In this document: one piece after another, positions 14,401 to 28,601 of the stretch
Numbering within the stretch: the stretch's first letter is position 1
Layout: every line of letters starts with the position of its first letter
NCBI GenBank assembly: GCA_043381765.1
Contig: JBHJMP010000644.1
Span: forward strand, 1-48,127
Source: Collodictyon triciliatum
Lineage: Eukaryota
Reading direction: 5' to 3'
DNA length: 48,127 bases
The notes under the pieces: generated by a model
The model's database searches: none
What the model saw: only the letters and a program-made list of their open reading frames with translations
What the model was told of the DNA's origin: nothing
Made by a program: the position numbers and the translations under genes

Positions 14401-14768
14401 CTGGAGAAGGCGAGAAGGAGAAGAAGTCGGGCGAGTACGACAAAAACCGTCAGCGCCCCTCCGGCCGCACCGGCGAACGGGGCTACTCCGGTCGCCCTCG
14501 TACACACCAAGGGGACGACCAAACCAAGCCACGCAAGCAGGCTGATGCCGACGGTAAGATTGTTATTTGGGTCTCTATTTGTGCGCCTCTGGGCTTAGAG
14601 TCGCTATGCGACATCAAAAACCCCGCTTCGCTTCAAGCCCCTCCTGCATATTTTCTTATTCATTTTGAAAATCAGAGAGCTGGCTATGGCTGTTTGAATC
14701 TATCTGTGTGTTTATGAACAGAGTGAGTAATGCATGAATCTGCGTGCTTAGGTTGGACAAAGGCTTAA
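11497..14768 (+). CDS. Caprin-like / coiled-coil protein with acidic, Ala/Pro-rich disordered middle and Arg/Gly-containing tail
   Basis: N-terminal VIAKKHRAARKKLTKVEETEKK...LPEQLEAIKNK resembles the Caprin-1 N-terminal helical region (KKLRNLEKKK...LNQDQLDAV). Several GT-AG exons. The last short exon 14752-14768 ends DADGWTKA-TAA. Family call is by resemblance only. Confidence 0.6.
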
Positions 14769-16148
14769 GTATCCAGATACATCCCCTTCTGAGCCGCCTT
14801 GCAACACTTGTTTAAACAGAATGAATGCCATTCCCGAGGATATATTTTTTTTCTTCCTTTCCCGAACTCTCTGACCGATTTACCTTCGATTTTTTTGAAC
14901 CTTTTTCTTGAGAAAAAAAATGGCCTCCTCAAAAAAACAGAGCATGAAAGTCATGGCCTGTGCCACGTTCTGTTCGGTCGCATAAACCAACAATTTTCTT
15001 CGTCCTTTCCAACCGAGCACAAAGTCGATGTTCATGTCTGAATATCGTGTGGTGGGTTCCTTCCTACCCTCCCCTTTGCCGTCGTTGTATTGTGGCGGCA
15101 GCTGCTCGTGTGACAACGCGGACTTCGAACCGCAACAAAATGCAGCCGACGCGGTTGTTCCTTTGCTGCTGCGCTGCGTGAGGAGATGGGGTTCGGCCAC
15201 AGTTCGCGCCGTTGTTCTCGTGTGGTCAGTCCGGTGTCCATTCTAAATGTGGAATCGTAAGGAATCAGGACTGGGGACTCAGAATTTTGGGGTGCGACAT
15301 CCTCTTCCGGTGCTCTTTCCTTATTGGTCGATTAAAGGGCAAACTTGTTTCGGACATAATAAGTTCCATATGCGTCACTAAAAAAAACGGGCATTCCACT
15401 TCAGGTACAAAAAACCGGATCTATTCCTAAATAAGACCTTCATTCAATAAAAATTGACTTTAAAGAATAAATTATTGAATCATTCGATGCCATCAGAATT
15501 TTTTTTTCGCCCTTCTGTTCCATATTTTTTCTTTGCTTTCTGTCTTCATATTTATGGGTATGTGTACAAAGTTGTGATGGTGATGGGCGAGCGAAGCCAC
15601 CGCGTGATTTCTCGAGAACTTCTTGGGGCGGTAATCGAAACTGTTGGAGGTGCAGTGGAGGCTTTGGACGAGAACCAAGCGCGTTGCGTAAGTTGATGCA
15701 GGGAGACGCAGCCAAGCCAGTTTCCTTTCCCCTTCCCCCATTTTTCCATTTTCTTCTGTCCTTTTCCACGGTATTTGAGTTGCCATTCCTTCCTCGGTCG
15801 CACGAAGCAGGCAGCGGCCAGAGGCCAGAGCGGCTGGGGTGGGTCAAGGAAAGGAGAGGCCGCCAAACGCTCGCGAATGGCTAGTTAGTGGAGAGGCGAG
15901 TGCATCTATATGGAGAGTGCCAAGCTCAGAGCAAAAGAAAGAAAAAAATGTCAAGAGAAAAAAAGTGATAGTAGTCAGTAAGAGGAGGCTAAAATCTGAT
16001 TGCGTGGTTTGTGCTGTCAAAGCGCCCTCTTTACGCTCGTTATTCCCACCAGACTTTCTCATCATGCCCATGCTCCAACCATATCCTGAAAACACTCCCC
16101 CTTACACTTACCCTAAATGAAAGACAAGCGACTCAGTAAACGCCCGTG

Positions 16149-19100
16149 ATGAGCACCTGCGCGCAAGAACCCACACCCACTACCGCCGCGTCTTCCCCTG
16201 AACGGACTCACAAGCCTGCTGCAGACGAGCGACTTGCCGTAAAACTTCTACTTTCTCATATGCTTGCATAGAGCCACTGTCGCTTGTTTACTTCAGAGGT
16301 TCGGCTTGCTGTCCCTACTCTGCACATACCCGCTGCTTCCCCAGATGCCCTTATCTGATTATTCGCATAATAAACATCTTCGCAGACAAAGTATGTTGGC
16401 CCGTATCTTCTGAGCAAGACTATCGGCACCGGTTCCACAGGTTCGTTTCATTCTAGCAACTCCATTCCTACCTGTCTCTCCACAACATGTGTATTTGACA
16501 GAAGCTGTTCTCTTTGACTTTGCTTTTACCTCTCTCTCCACTCGCCCACGTCATGTGTGTGCGCGTGTGTGTGTATGTGTGTTCTCTGCCGACGAGCCAT
16601 TGGGATTACTCACCTTCGTTCGTGCAGGCAAAGTGAAGCTGGGTATCCACGCACAGGACGGAACGCGGGTGGCTGTCAAGATCATCAAGAAGGAGGCCAT
16701 TGATTTGAAGCCGTCACTTCGCAAGAAGGTCGAGCGCGAAATTGCGATCCTCAAGCTGATCGATCACCCTCACGTTCTCAGGCTCATCGACGTCTACGAA
16801 AACGACACATACCTGTATAACTAACTCGAAATCTCGTCTCGATTATTATCTTTTGTTTTGTTTGTTATGACCTCTTGTCTCGACCCTTGGAATTCATAAG
16901 GGTCAAATTCCCTTTCACACCGCAGATTCATTGTCATGGATCACGTCGAAGGAGGAGAACTATTTGACTATCTGGTCCACCGCGGCCGCCTCGAGCTCTC
17001 TGAAGCCCTGACCTTTTTCCAACAAATTATCGTGGGCCTCGATTACTGCCATTCCATGCTGATATGGTATGCTTATTTTGCATGTATATTTTCCCCCTAT
17101 TGCTGTAGCATGGTTCATTTTATATCCCGAGCTACCTCTAAATTGAATGTCTCCCCTTAAGCGCTCATAACTTAATCTTCCTTCAAAGCCACCGCGACCT
17201 AAAACCTGAAAACTTGTTGTTGAACGCATCGAGGAAAATTCAAATTGCAGACTTTGGAATGGCCTCTCTGAATCGAAAAGGTTCCATGCTTGAGACAAGT
17301 TGCGGGTGAGTTTACCGTTTTGCTTTCGGGCTTCTCCCAATTATTTGTTTGTTCTGTTTCCTTATCTTCCATTAATAATTGCAGCTCTCCTCATTATGCC
17401 AGTCCCCAAGTTGTCATGGTCAGTAGCACTTGAAATATTGCTTATCAGCATGTATACGTGCGAGAATGCTCATTTGTTGTAAGAATTTACCTGTCCATCT
17501 AAAATGTCATGTTTAATATCGCACAAAATATCAAAGGGGGTTAAGTACGACGGGATGCAAGCTGATATATGGAGCTGTGGTGTCATCCTCTACGCACTGG
17601 TCACTGGGAGACTGCCATTCGACGACCCCAACATCAAGAAGCTGCTCGGGAAGGTCTTTCTTCACCCAAACTATGAGTATCGATACAATTCCCATATATG
17701 AAGCCAACTTATGCTCTCATGACTCACCCCTTTTTGTCCAGGTAAAAATAGGCACGTTCCATATGCCTGAAGATCTGGACCCAAGAGTCAAGGATCTTAT
17801 CTCCAGGATGCTCACAGTCGACCCAGAGAAAAGAATAACGGTAGATATGATATTATAAATATTACAAACTCTTTCCACGATGGTGGAAGCTTTTATCATA
17901 TTCCCAGAAACCAAAGGTAGCATAAGCAGAAACTAATTACATCATCGACTGTACGCACAGATTGACGCAATTAAAAAGCACCCGTGGTTCATGTCAAACG
18001 GTGGCCCTACAGTTTACTCTCCGCCATTTGATGTCCAGCAGGTGCATCTCTCACTCTCTTATATGCCAATTTATTCGTCCTACATTGGAATTGCTCTCTC
18101 AAATATGTCCTTCAACAATCTCTTCATGCCACTGCACTGTATAAAAACATTCGAATATATTCCCATCATTCAGCTGTCATCGCCTGTCAAGCGTGACCAA
18201 CTAGACTGGGAAGTGATATCTGACCTTCAAACCCTTGGATGGGGATCTGATGATCAAATCGCAGCAAAAGTAGTGGCAACAGAGTAAGAGAGCTTATCCC
18301 TCTTCTCTCTATCGTCCTTTTACGCCCTTTTACCGCTCCCCATCTACTAAATTCACATAGGAGAAAACCAAATCACTAATTTGCGCCTGTAGAAGAAGTC
18401 TGGAGAAGATATTTTATCATCTATACGAGAGAAAGAAAGCCCCACAAAAGATATCACCAGTAGCAATTCCAAACAGGTAACCCCCAACCAGTTTATCACC
18501 CATGATCTAATGCAGAGAGCATGTGTTGTCCTTCTTTCTTCTTTTTTTTTAACACCACAGTCTCTCATCTACATTTGCACATGGCTATGTCTGCACTCTT
18601 CAGGAGATCGGTTTCCATGTCTGCTGCTACCTCCCCCTACTCAAATTCACAGCAAATTCAGAGACCCAATAGCCGTACAGCCGTGGAAAGTCCTGTGTGA
18701 GTAGGCCTTCCAAAAGACGTTTTCTCTCCTGCTCTGTGCTATTCCACACTCTAGGAGCGATATTACTCAAAATTTGCAACTCACGTTTCGTGGATATAAT
18801 TGTAGGCGACCCCATCCCGTCTCCATAGCCTTGGACGACTCTGCAATCAAACCAAAGAACGGCTCTGCAAAAACTCCGGCACAGCGTCTTATTGCCAAAG
18901 ATTCATCGTATGGCCATCACGAGATTATAAGCACTTACCTTGAACGTGACGCCAACCAATTACAAACGCAACGCTTTTCATTTTGCCAGGACACGCAGCA
19001 GCTCCTCATCTCCTTCGAAGCGTCCATCCCTGGCTGTTGATAGTAAGCCTTTCGACTCACCGCAGAAGATAATATCGCTTTTGCAAGTTTTTGTGGGATA

Positions 19101-20323
19101 CCCTCACACTGACAAGAAATGAGAACTTTGAATGAATTTTGACCACTCATCCACATCGTAGCACTAGACTATGATACTCCTGTGTCATCTCCCATCTCTG
19201 GCACACCAAAGTCGCGTGATAGCCACATGGAGGATCATCTATCGGCTGCCAACGATAGTAGCACGAAGGCTGCCCGCAAGAAAATTTGTATGGTGCCTAA
19301 TCAAACGCGACTCATGTCGCCTAATTCATGTATGAATAAATAAGCGGATGAAATATGTATTTATGTGTCCCATCATTTAGTGCCCGATATTGGCGGCTCG
19401 TCAAGCACATCTGGTGGAAGGTAGGCCTCATATATAACTATATCTGAATGATAAACCTTGCTGTTGCTCGGTCGCTCCGTCAATTGGCCCAAGAACTCAG
19501 CCATACTTTTATTTACCTTCCTACTTGCTCACTCTTAAAAAAAAAACATGAATGATTCAATTATTAGCCCCAAGTTGCTATGGGTATCGGTCAGCAATGA
19601 CAGTTGCCGCACTGTAAGTTTTGAAGCCAATCTACATTATGCTTCCTCACCTCACCGACATCCCCTATCGAGCCATCACCGTAGAATCACTTACAAACCA
19701 CCATCATCAGAACGGGGATTCATCTTCTTCATTGAGCCCTGCCACAGCTGGACTATCGAGCAACCGCAGACCCTCCAACTCCAAGTACGACACCCAGCGT
19801 CCTGTATATCTTTCGACCTGCCGTTTCTTTATTGTTGATTTCTTCACGAGAAATATATGAAGAAATAATTACAACTCGCCGCTGTTGTCAATGATACCGA
19901 AATCCCCACCACCACCACCACCACCACCATCATCATCATCATCGCCACCTCTCCAGGTCTTTCGGCTTCGTGGTCAACCGGACGTTCGAGGACACACTCA
20001 CTGTGCTCCAAAAGTGTCTCCAGGAGTTGGCCATAGACTTTTCGCAGGTCGATGCCAGCACACTGCACTGCCACGCAGGCTCCGTCGTGTCGCGATGTAA
20101 GTCAGACCATCCTCGCAAACAGAGTCTCTCGCTCATCTGCAATCGCAAATGCTGACGCCGTTGCTGAAACACAGCACCTTCTGTCGAGTTCCGCGCGTCC
20201 ATAACTACGATGGTCGACCACTCGTCGCATCTAATCCGGTTCCAGCGCATATCCGACAACATATTCCTCTACGACAAGTTCCTTGACCGCATCCACAAGA
20301 AGCTGCGCGTCTGCGCCGTGTGA
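16149..20323 (+). CDS. BRSK: BRSK/SAD-family (AMPK-related) Ser/Thr kinase with UBA-like region and C-terminal KA1-like domain
   Basis: Spliced exons give [105 protein letters not shown]. The C-terminus [21 protein letters not shown] is KA1-like. Stop TGA 20321-20323. The ATG at 16149 is predicted. Confidence 0.9.
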
Positions 20324-21224
20324 CCAAACGGACTGGCTGCTTCATTCTTTTTCATTCCCGTTTTCTTGTGTACGTTTTGGTCACCAATTGCCCAGCCTGT
20401 CGGATGAAGAGGGCTAGGTAATCACCCACCTCACTCGTTCTCCCTCTAATCGTGGCAATCGCGTTGTGCGCGAGCGTCTTCCTTCTCTGGAGACAAGACA
20501 TATTGCTTCCATATATATAAGACTCCCTTTCTCTCTGTTGGTTCCCTCTTTCGTTCGTTTTAAGTCTGCGTCGTTGGTGTGGTACGTGGGCCCGAATTAG
20601 TGTTTGGGTTCTCGGGGACATGTGCCGCACCAACGACGGGCCTGTTTCTTTCCCAAAAAGAATATACCATCTGTTGGTCCTAGAATAAATTCTATACGAA
20701 TATATAAAGTGTGAGATATCTCCCTGGAGAGTCTGCAGTATTGTTTCATGAAAAGAGACAATCCGACTTCCTCCATTAAGCGAAGCAAATACTGTGCCAC
20801 ATAAGACAAAGATAGGGCCATTGAAAGACTGAAAGAAAAAATGTCCGATTTAGATTGTGTTGTGTGCATTGGCTTGCCAGAGGGGTGTGGTGGACAGGAC
20901 GTCGAGAGAAAATAGGGAGGAATAGTAAGAACAGCAAGATTTGTGATTCGATCCAAGGATGGCTGGCTCGGGAGGGCTGGGCGTATGACAAACAGATTGC
21001 AGATGGTTTTGTGGGAAGCAACAGCTATGAGAGAAAAACATTAAAGCCAGAGACTCAAACGTGGTAACTCACTCTCTGTGTTAGTTTGTATGATGATTGT
21101 AAAAAAAAATATATATGTTGACGAACAGGGATAGATCCGTACTGTGTGAGTTGAAAGTCTACTGGACATGTGACCTTCCACAATCGTTATTATGTTGGTC
21201 AAAGGCGAATGAAGGCAGCGCACA

Positions 21225-22196
21225 TTACGCTCTTCCACGGCCACCACGCCCACGTCCACCGCGGCTGCCACGTCCACCGCGTCCTCTTCCACGAACTCCA
21301 CCGCGAGTGGCTAAAGCAAGGAAATGTGGTATTCAATTTATCACAGCATGCAGCAGTCAATACTCATTAGAATCATGGAGGCAACACTATACAATAATAA
21401 AATAATCTATTTCGGATGGGAGCATATTTGTCGGGTTCGAATCTAAGAGTGAACAATGTATGATTGAGTTGGGTTTCTTCAAAACCTGCGCGCATCTTTT
21501 CAGCTTTGAGCTTGGCTTTTGGCGTGTCATCAACAAGAAGTGTATCAAGGTTTAAGCTGTCGGGAAGGATAACATATCGGATGTTATTTCCACGGATGCA
21601 CAAGGTGTCCAACGATACAGGATTTTTTCCCTTCATCGTGACTTTAACCGACTTAAGATGGGTGTTCATGGACATATCCACACCTATTCACAATGATAAA
21701 ATTTACATGAGCCAGTATTACAGAAAGCGAAAGGAGGGTACTGCGTCAATAAATATGCGGAGTTTTGGCCATATTAGCAAGCAAACCGGTGATTGTGCCC
21801 GAGACAACAGTTCCGTTCTTAAGTTCGATCGTTACTGTCTCATTCGACAGCTTCATCAAGAATCTATGGACATAGAGACAAGGACACGATATGCTCAGTC
21901 AGAAGAGCGAAGCCACTTTGAAGCAGCAAGGAAAGGCGTGGAACTTTTGTTAGTTGCCCGACATTGTCGCAACTCAGATCAAAAGCCAAGAGGTACAGAG
22001 GGCAAAAAAATAAAACGGAAAACGGAAAAAGAAAACAGTAAGAAGGAAAAAGAAACAAGGTAGAGAAAGAGAAATACAAAAGACAAGAGAAAAGAGAAAA
22101 GGAAAGAGTAAAAAGGAAACAGAAAAGAAAAAAAAGGGAAGGAAAAAGGAAGGCGAAAAAACCAAGACTTTAGGTGGCAAACCTGACTAGCTTCAT
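21225..22196 (-). CDS. SNRPD1: Small nuclear ribonucleoprotein Sm D1
   Basis: Four exons (22196-22183, 21863-21787, 21683-21486, 21310-21225) give [23 protein letters not shown]...MNTHLK...[24 protein letters not shown] and an RG-rich tail ending TAA. Confidence 0.97.
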
Positions 22197-23128
22197 GGCT
22201 CCTTCGACTAGTTGTTCCTGGCTTGAAACTAAGTGAGAAAGTGTATGGGTGAGAAGATCTTTGAAGTGAGTCCACCACGAAATATTGAGCAGTTGAAGGA
22301 TTCAGGTCGTTGGATGAAAACAGTCAGCTTTGCTCTGAACAAGGTTGGAAAACCAAACCGCCTCAAAAAGATAAGAAAGGCGCGTTGCACTCCATACTGA
22401 CAATGAATGGCGCAGCGATCCACCGAATGGAAAGCCAAGCGGCAGGTTTAGAAAGCACAACTTCTTTTTGCCTGGCTGTATTCCTGCCCTCGAATAGCAG
22501 ACCAAAGCGAAACACAATCAATGAAAACCATGACCAAAGAAAAAGCTGTCCCTCTCTTCAGTTGATGGTTTCATGCAAAGGCTGTTCCACTGAAGCCACT
22601 TGGCCTTCCGTGAGTATCCCCAGAAGCCATTCGTCACACGGTTTCCACGCCGCGTCTAAGCAGTCAATTGTTGATCGGCGGGTTGGGGAAAAATTAATTT
22701 TGTGGTATCGATAGCACCGCTCATTCTAAATGTGGAATATAATTTAATTTACTTTGAGGCTGCAAAGTATTACAAGCGAAGAAGGGCTAAATGTAAATTA
22801 ATACCACGTCAACATGCGATGCATTGCTCAAGCCACACCCACAGCGATACACCGGCACACAGCGACACAGCTAATTTTTCTTTTTCTGTTAGTGATGACT
22901 GTGTTTAATACATCGCAAAGAGAGGGCCGCGCAGGGGCAAAGGAAGAGGGCTGAATTAATGGGGTTGTTGGTGTGATGAGGGTGGCGGATAGCAGGGGAC
23001 GTTGGAGAGGGCAGTGACGAGTTGGGATGTTCTGGCTGCTGGCGATGTGAAAATCTCCCTCGCGATGGCTGCCCCGTGAGTCACGCGGCGGTTTCTGACC
23101 CGCGTCTTCTCCGAGTGCGATTCCCGGT

Positions 23129-25991
23129 TTACTCAAACTTTATGCCCTGGGCAAGGACCAACTGGGAGGTGTAGTTGATTGTGCTGCATGGGTGCGCAAT
23201 GATTAGCAAATAGATAAGTTGCTCCGTGAAGAGTAATTGAAAAAAAAAAAAAAAAAGCCCAGGTACACTCCCAGCCCAAAGGAAAGAAAGAAGCTGGAGT
23301 AGGAAGCTGGCGTTTGAATGGGTGACCTAAGGAAAACCCAAGTTGGGGAATGAAGGCAGAAAGAAAAATGATGAATTCAGATAGCGTAGTGGTTACCATG
23401 TAGAGCGGCGCATGTACTGCTTCCAAGAGTCGCTCCCAGCCTCGCGGCCGCATCCGGTTTCCTTCTCTCCTCCAAAAGCACCACCAATCTCGGCACCGCT
23501 TGTTCCGATGTTTACGTTGACCAAACCGCAGTCAGAGCCCAAAGGTCTGCAGGGTTGAGGAGCAAAATAATTATGAGTGCCTCCAGACAGCTGGGAATGG
23601 GTCCCAATAGCACACTTAGTATTATGGTTTGGTGATAAAACGGGAGTAGGTGATTAAGAAAAACTTACCCGAGCCATTCCCAAACTCTGGAGTGGTCTCG
23701 CGTGAAGATGGAGCTGGAGAGCCCCTGGGGGACGCTGTTATGGTACTTGACGGCCTCTTCGAACGTCTTCATAAAGCATAATGCCCAATGAATTTTCGTT
23801 TAGTGAAAAGGAACCCAATTCACGAAAATGTGGACAGAGAAAGGAAATAGCATTTTGATGGGCTGGCAATAAACACAATAGATAAGTGGTAACGCCAAAA
23901 CTGCAAATAATGCATTACAAGATTGTAAGTACTTACAGAGAACTTCATGATGTATGTGATAGGCACGAACAGCTCAGTCTTGATGACCTCGGCGCTGGGG
24001 TCAATTTCGACCAGAGTGGGCTCCACATAGTTACCTGGGCCTTCTATTCTCTTGCCTCCGTGGATAATTTTGCCACCCTAAATTGAAATTGGGCTTTGTA
24101 AGCCACAATTGTGATTCTGCAAATAAAAGCAATAGAGGTGTTGAACAGCGTTGGAAAATCTATAGAGCTTGTCATAGAACAAACCTGGGACTTGATGGTT
24201 TCAATTCCATCAAGGTATTCCTTGATTGCGGCAGGGGTATGAAGTGGTCCGCACAGCGTGCCAGCAGCAAGGGGGTCGCCGATACGGACTTGCTTGTATG
24301 CGTTCAGCAGGCTGGCCACCACCTGGTCGTATATCGACTCGTGCAAGAAGAGGCGACGGGTGGTCGTGCAGCGTTGGCCACAGGTACCGACAGCTCCAAA
24401 CACAACGGCGGGGACGAGAAGCTTTAGGTCAGCATCAGGCATAACTAAGGATATAAATGTCGGAATCCAGTGGTGGGTTGGTTAAAACGCCTGAAGAAAA
24501 CACCATCAGTATCACAGTGCTCACATTGATGATTTCAAATATTCATACTCACCAATGATGCCGTTATTCCCACCGAGCTCCAGGATGGTTCGCCCTGTTT
24601 ATGTGCACAAGTTATCAGGACAGGCCTCGGGTGTATAAAATTCCCTTTCATACATAAATGACGCAATATTTTGTACAGATATGACGGAGGCAAGGTTACC
24701 AAAGCGGGATGCAACAGATGAGCTGACACGGCGCCCAATCTATTTTGTCAACAGAGTGAGAAACTCGAGTGAAGTGGATGAGAAATTATGGGGACTGGGA
24801 GGACAGAGTTAGTTCATACGTCAGTGCTGCCTGTGAAGGAGATCAGTGACAATCTGTGGTCATTGATCAAGCGTTCTCCGATGCTCTATATCAAAAATGA
24901 TAAGCACATGTGGCATCTGGACTGAAAAAATTGATTCATGCAGGAATTGGGGGCCGGCGAGGAGGGACAGGCACAGGGTCTTATGAAAACTAAAGCTTAC
25001 TCTGCCGGGTCCAACAACCATGGTGCACACAGCACCAGGGACGTTCGCAGTCTCCATCACACGAGAAATAATCTTCATGATGGCGATAGTGCACAAGCTT
25101 GTGGAAGAGGCTCCCTTCCTAAAACCAACAATGTCAAAAGAGGGTCTGAAAACAAAACTGACGCATGGGATGGAGCAGGGGAATGTCCAGAGAAGATATT
25201 ATGAGCAAACGGAGAGCCTTTTGTGTTGAGGAATGTGCAGTGGGGTTACTAAGAGACGAACCAGATAACAGTGTTTCCACAGATCATGGCAAGGGTGACG
25301 TTCCAGCCGTAGACAGCCATAGGGAAGTTGAAGGCGGAGATGACACCAATATGCCCAAGGGGGTTCCATCTCTCCAGAATGACGTGACCAGGGCCTGGGA
25401 CATGGACACAACAGATCACATCACATCAGTATGAGAACGGCTATTAACAGGCAACACCAGAGAGTATGGCCTTCTCAAGTGCCTGACTTTAACAAGTAAC
25501 CACACGATATGAGCTGCCAAAAAAAAAAATGAAGAACGAAATGATCAGCCTGTTTAAGACATACGCTCAGAGGGAATGACAGAGCCACTGATCATGCGAC
25601 TCAGGCCCGTGGCAAAGTCGCACATGTCGATGAACTCCTGGACCTCCCCTTCGCCTTCCGTCAGGATCTTCCCCATCTCAAGAGAGATCAAACGGCCGAG
25701 CGGCTGCTTGTACTTGCGCAGCTCCTCCCCAATGCGGCGCACAAGCTCTCCCCTCTGAGGAGCCGGCATAGTCTGCCAGACCGGGCGGGCCTGTTCCATG
25801 GCGCTCAAGCAGGCCTCATAGTCCTCGGGCGTGGCCTGGCGGATCGGTGCGATCGGCCGGTTGTCATGGGGGCTGTGCGTGTCAAGCAGCTCTCCGTGCG
25901 CCTCCCAGCGTCCCGAGTAGCAGCCGGCGTTTTCCGACGTGATTCCGAGCTCGGCAAGGAAGGGGTGTTCGGCCAGGAGATTAGTGCTCAT
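23129..25991 (-). CDS. ALDH7A1: Aldehyde dehydrogenase family 7 (antiquitin / alpha-aminoadipic semialdehyde dehydrogenase)
   Basis: Motifs [50 protein letters not shown], catalytic [44 protein letters not shown], ending [11 protein letters not shown]. Confidence 0.96.
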
Positions 25992-26757
25992 CGTTCTAGA
26001 GTCCTCGGTGCTTGGCGGTGTCTGTGTGTTTAAGCGTCAGGCTGTGGACGTATTTTTGCTCCCTGGTGGAAGGAATTGAGGAAGAAAGAAGCAGTCTCGA
26101 TTGCGGAGGGTTCTTGTTTTTCTTGTTTTCTTTTTTTTTAGGGTGTCATTCGTGATCGCTTTGGAGGTTTGGTCAGGTTGTCCAGGCATGAGTTGCGCAG
26201 AATGCCAGTGGTTGTTTGGGAATGTCCCTCGAGTGCGGCTTGCTTGGGCAAGTAAGATGCTGTGGCTTGGACGCGAATCGACGCGTGGGTGAGGGCGCAA
26301 GGCGATTGGCGTATTTATAGACGCGCCTTTTCGCGGTGAGCGCCTCATTGCACTTTAATTTCCACATGTGGATTCCGCTTTAGGGATTGACCACATGCAC
26401 TTCCAGAATCTTCCGCGACCACACAGCCGAAGTAAATCTCTTGGACTTGATTGGTCTAGTGATTTCATTTCGTGATTGCAATTGCCTGATGGGTTTGTCT
26501 CAATGCGTTTGTGGAAAATACGCTTTGGAAGGGCTGCAGGGTCAAGTCTGCTCGATCATCTCGTGCCGCTTTATTTTGATGAGGTGATAGTGCCTTTGTG
26601 AAGACAGGATATCAGGGTTTGGAGATGGGGATGAGGGGAGGGGAGAAAAGTGTGCGAAACCAGAAAAAAGTGAAAAAAAGTGAAAAAAAGGTTATTTATT
26701 CTGTTGGTAGGAAAAGGCAGTTCTCGGCCAACATGCTGGGAGTTCTAACAAATTTTA

Positions 26758-28601
26758 TTACTTGCCTACAGCAACCGCGGCGATGATAGCGGCGCCAACA
26801 CTGGAGCCATCCTTGCTGAGTGTCAGATTGATTTTGGAGGAGTTTTCGGTGCCAATTAGCTCCGTGAATGCATCCCTCATCTGCTGTTGAAATCCTGGAT
26901 ATTTCTCAAAAACACTTCCGTCGACAGCAACAGTCGTCTTGGTGCCAACAATCTTCATGTGCTCCAGTATCGCCACCAAGCCTGCAGTGGTGAGCCGAGC
27001 GGCACGCAAGGAGACCAAGTGGCAAACTTCATGGAGGATCTTTCTGTCTTCAAGCGAGCCTCCCTCGTGGACCTGCAAAACTTCTTCAACAAACTTTCCG
27101 ACCTTATCCAAAGCTTCAGAGTCGTCTCTGTGGAAATCCATTGAGGAAGAAAAAAATAAAGATAAAAACGAAGTGTGCTGTTTAGTGGATTGCAAGGTAT
27201 GGACAAGTTTAATCATGATTGTATCCTTCACACCAATTGAGAAAGATGTTGCGGTTAAATTAGATGTCCCACACTCACCCAGCAATTCTCGACATGAACT
27301 CAGTCTCAAAGAGGTAAGGGATGTTGAGTATGTGAGGCGAGTTTCCATTGAAGAGGACCTTGGATACAATCAACTTCCGCAGGAAAAGGCGGGCGATTTC
27401 TCCTAGGTACATTCCAGAGATCATTTTTTCAAAAGTTTGGGTTCCTGGATGGAGGGAGTGAGAGTCCAGAGAGCGGTCACACTCGGTCAGGGGAAGGGCT
27501 TTCTTTTCGAGGTTATCAAATGCTCCCCATTCCATGTTGATGATTGTAGGAGTTTCTTTACGGTCTTCTGGGACTCCGCTGTGGTGTGAATTAGATTAAA
27601 GTCAGGATGTTTGCTATCCAGAGGCTTATTGTCCGACAGAACCGGCTCAAAATGAAAAGTGGGCAAAACAAGAGGTATTAACGTATTTCATACTTTTGAT
27701 TATCATTATTTTTTTACCTGAAATCCTCAAAATAGCAGGCGTTTGTGCCAGTTCCAAGAATCAGACCGACATTACACTCAGTATCGGCGTATGTGCAAGC
27801 AACCATAGTACCGACGGTATCATTGGCCAACGCAGAAATATCAATGTTAAGTCCTTGTCTGGTGAATGCCTCTTTCAGCAACTCCACCTGCAGTTTCATG
27901 TGTACGAAAGCATACTTGGTCAAATACTGCAATGAAACAGCAAAAATAAAATAATTTATTTGTAAATATTTAGGTGTTATTCAAACAATACAAACCACGT
28001 CGCGACCAACGACACCTTCCACGTCAAAGCCCTTGGTCCAAGCCAGAAGTGTTCCTCTGTTGATGGAATGCTGCTGGACAGGGAAGGAGAAGGTAAAGCC
28101 GAGTTTGTAGTTGGCCTCTTTGGAACCAGACTTTTCAATGAACTGCGCCACACTGGAGGCCAGGAAGTCGAAGAGATCGGAGGCGACCCCTTTCATGGCA
28201 TCCTGGTGGACGGTGAAGCTCATGTGCTGATTCTCCACGATCTTGCCCTCTTTGATGCTCACCAGAAAGACTCTGAAATTAGTGCCCCCAAGATCTAGCG
28301 CAAGGTAGGAACCTGTGATCGGAATGAAGTGAGCTGCGCCGTTGTAAAAGCAGGAAAAAAAATAGTGGAAGATGAAAAGAAAACTTGCGATAAATCAAAG
28401 CTCAGTAAACAAACCCTCCTCAAGGCCGGTAGCCTTGCCAACGAAGGAACGAAGCATCAATAGAGAGCTGCGTTCCTTGAGCAGACCCGCAACCATTTCG
28501 GAGCGGAAGTGCGCAACAACTTCTCGGAGAGTGGCAGACGAAACAGTAAGTTGGTCGCGGGCATGAGTCATATTGAATTCGGGAGCAGAAGTTGGATCCA
28601 T
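26758..28601 (-). CDS. HXK: Hexokinase
   Basis: Motifs LALDLGGTNFRV, LGFTFSFPV, WTKGF, NDTVGT, ILGTGTNACY, NMEWGAF, FEKMISGMYLGE, VDGSVFEKYP, DGSSVGAA. ATG 28601, stop TAA at 26760-26758. Confidence 0.96.

Noticed and set aside
18604-18610. Apparent 7-nt microexon in BRSK
   Set aside because: The following 42 nt are in frame and read as plausible coding sequence ([14 protein letters not shown]), so a normal exon is simpler.
21431-21446. GGTTCGAATC tRNA T-loop/B-box-like motif
   Set aside because: No T-stem pairing or cloverleaf; lies in a SmD1 intron.
25560-26000. Third GC island in ALDH7A1 exon 1
   Set aside because: Only moderately GC-rich and no clear G-left/C-right skew flip by eye.
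22200-28601. Metabolic gene cluster (ALDH7A1 and hexokinase, with GMPPA and ADH elsewhere in the window)
   Set aside because: Housekeeping genes from different pathways interspersed with unrelated loci; no evidence of functional clustering.
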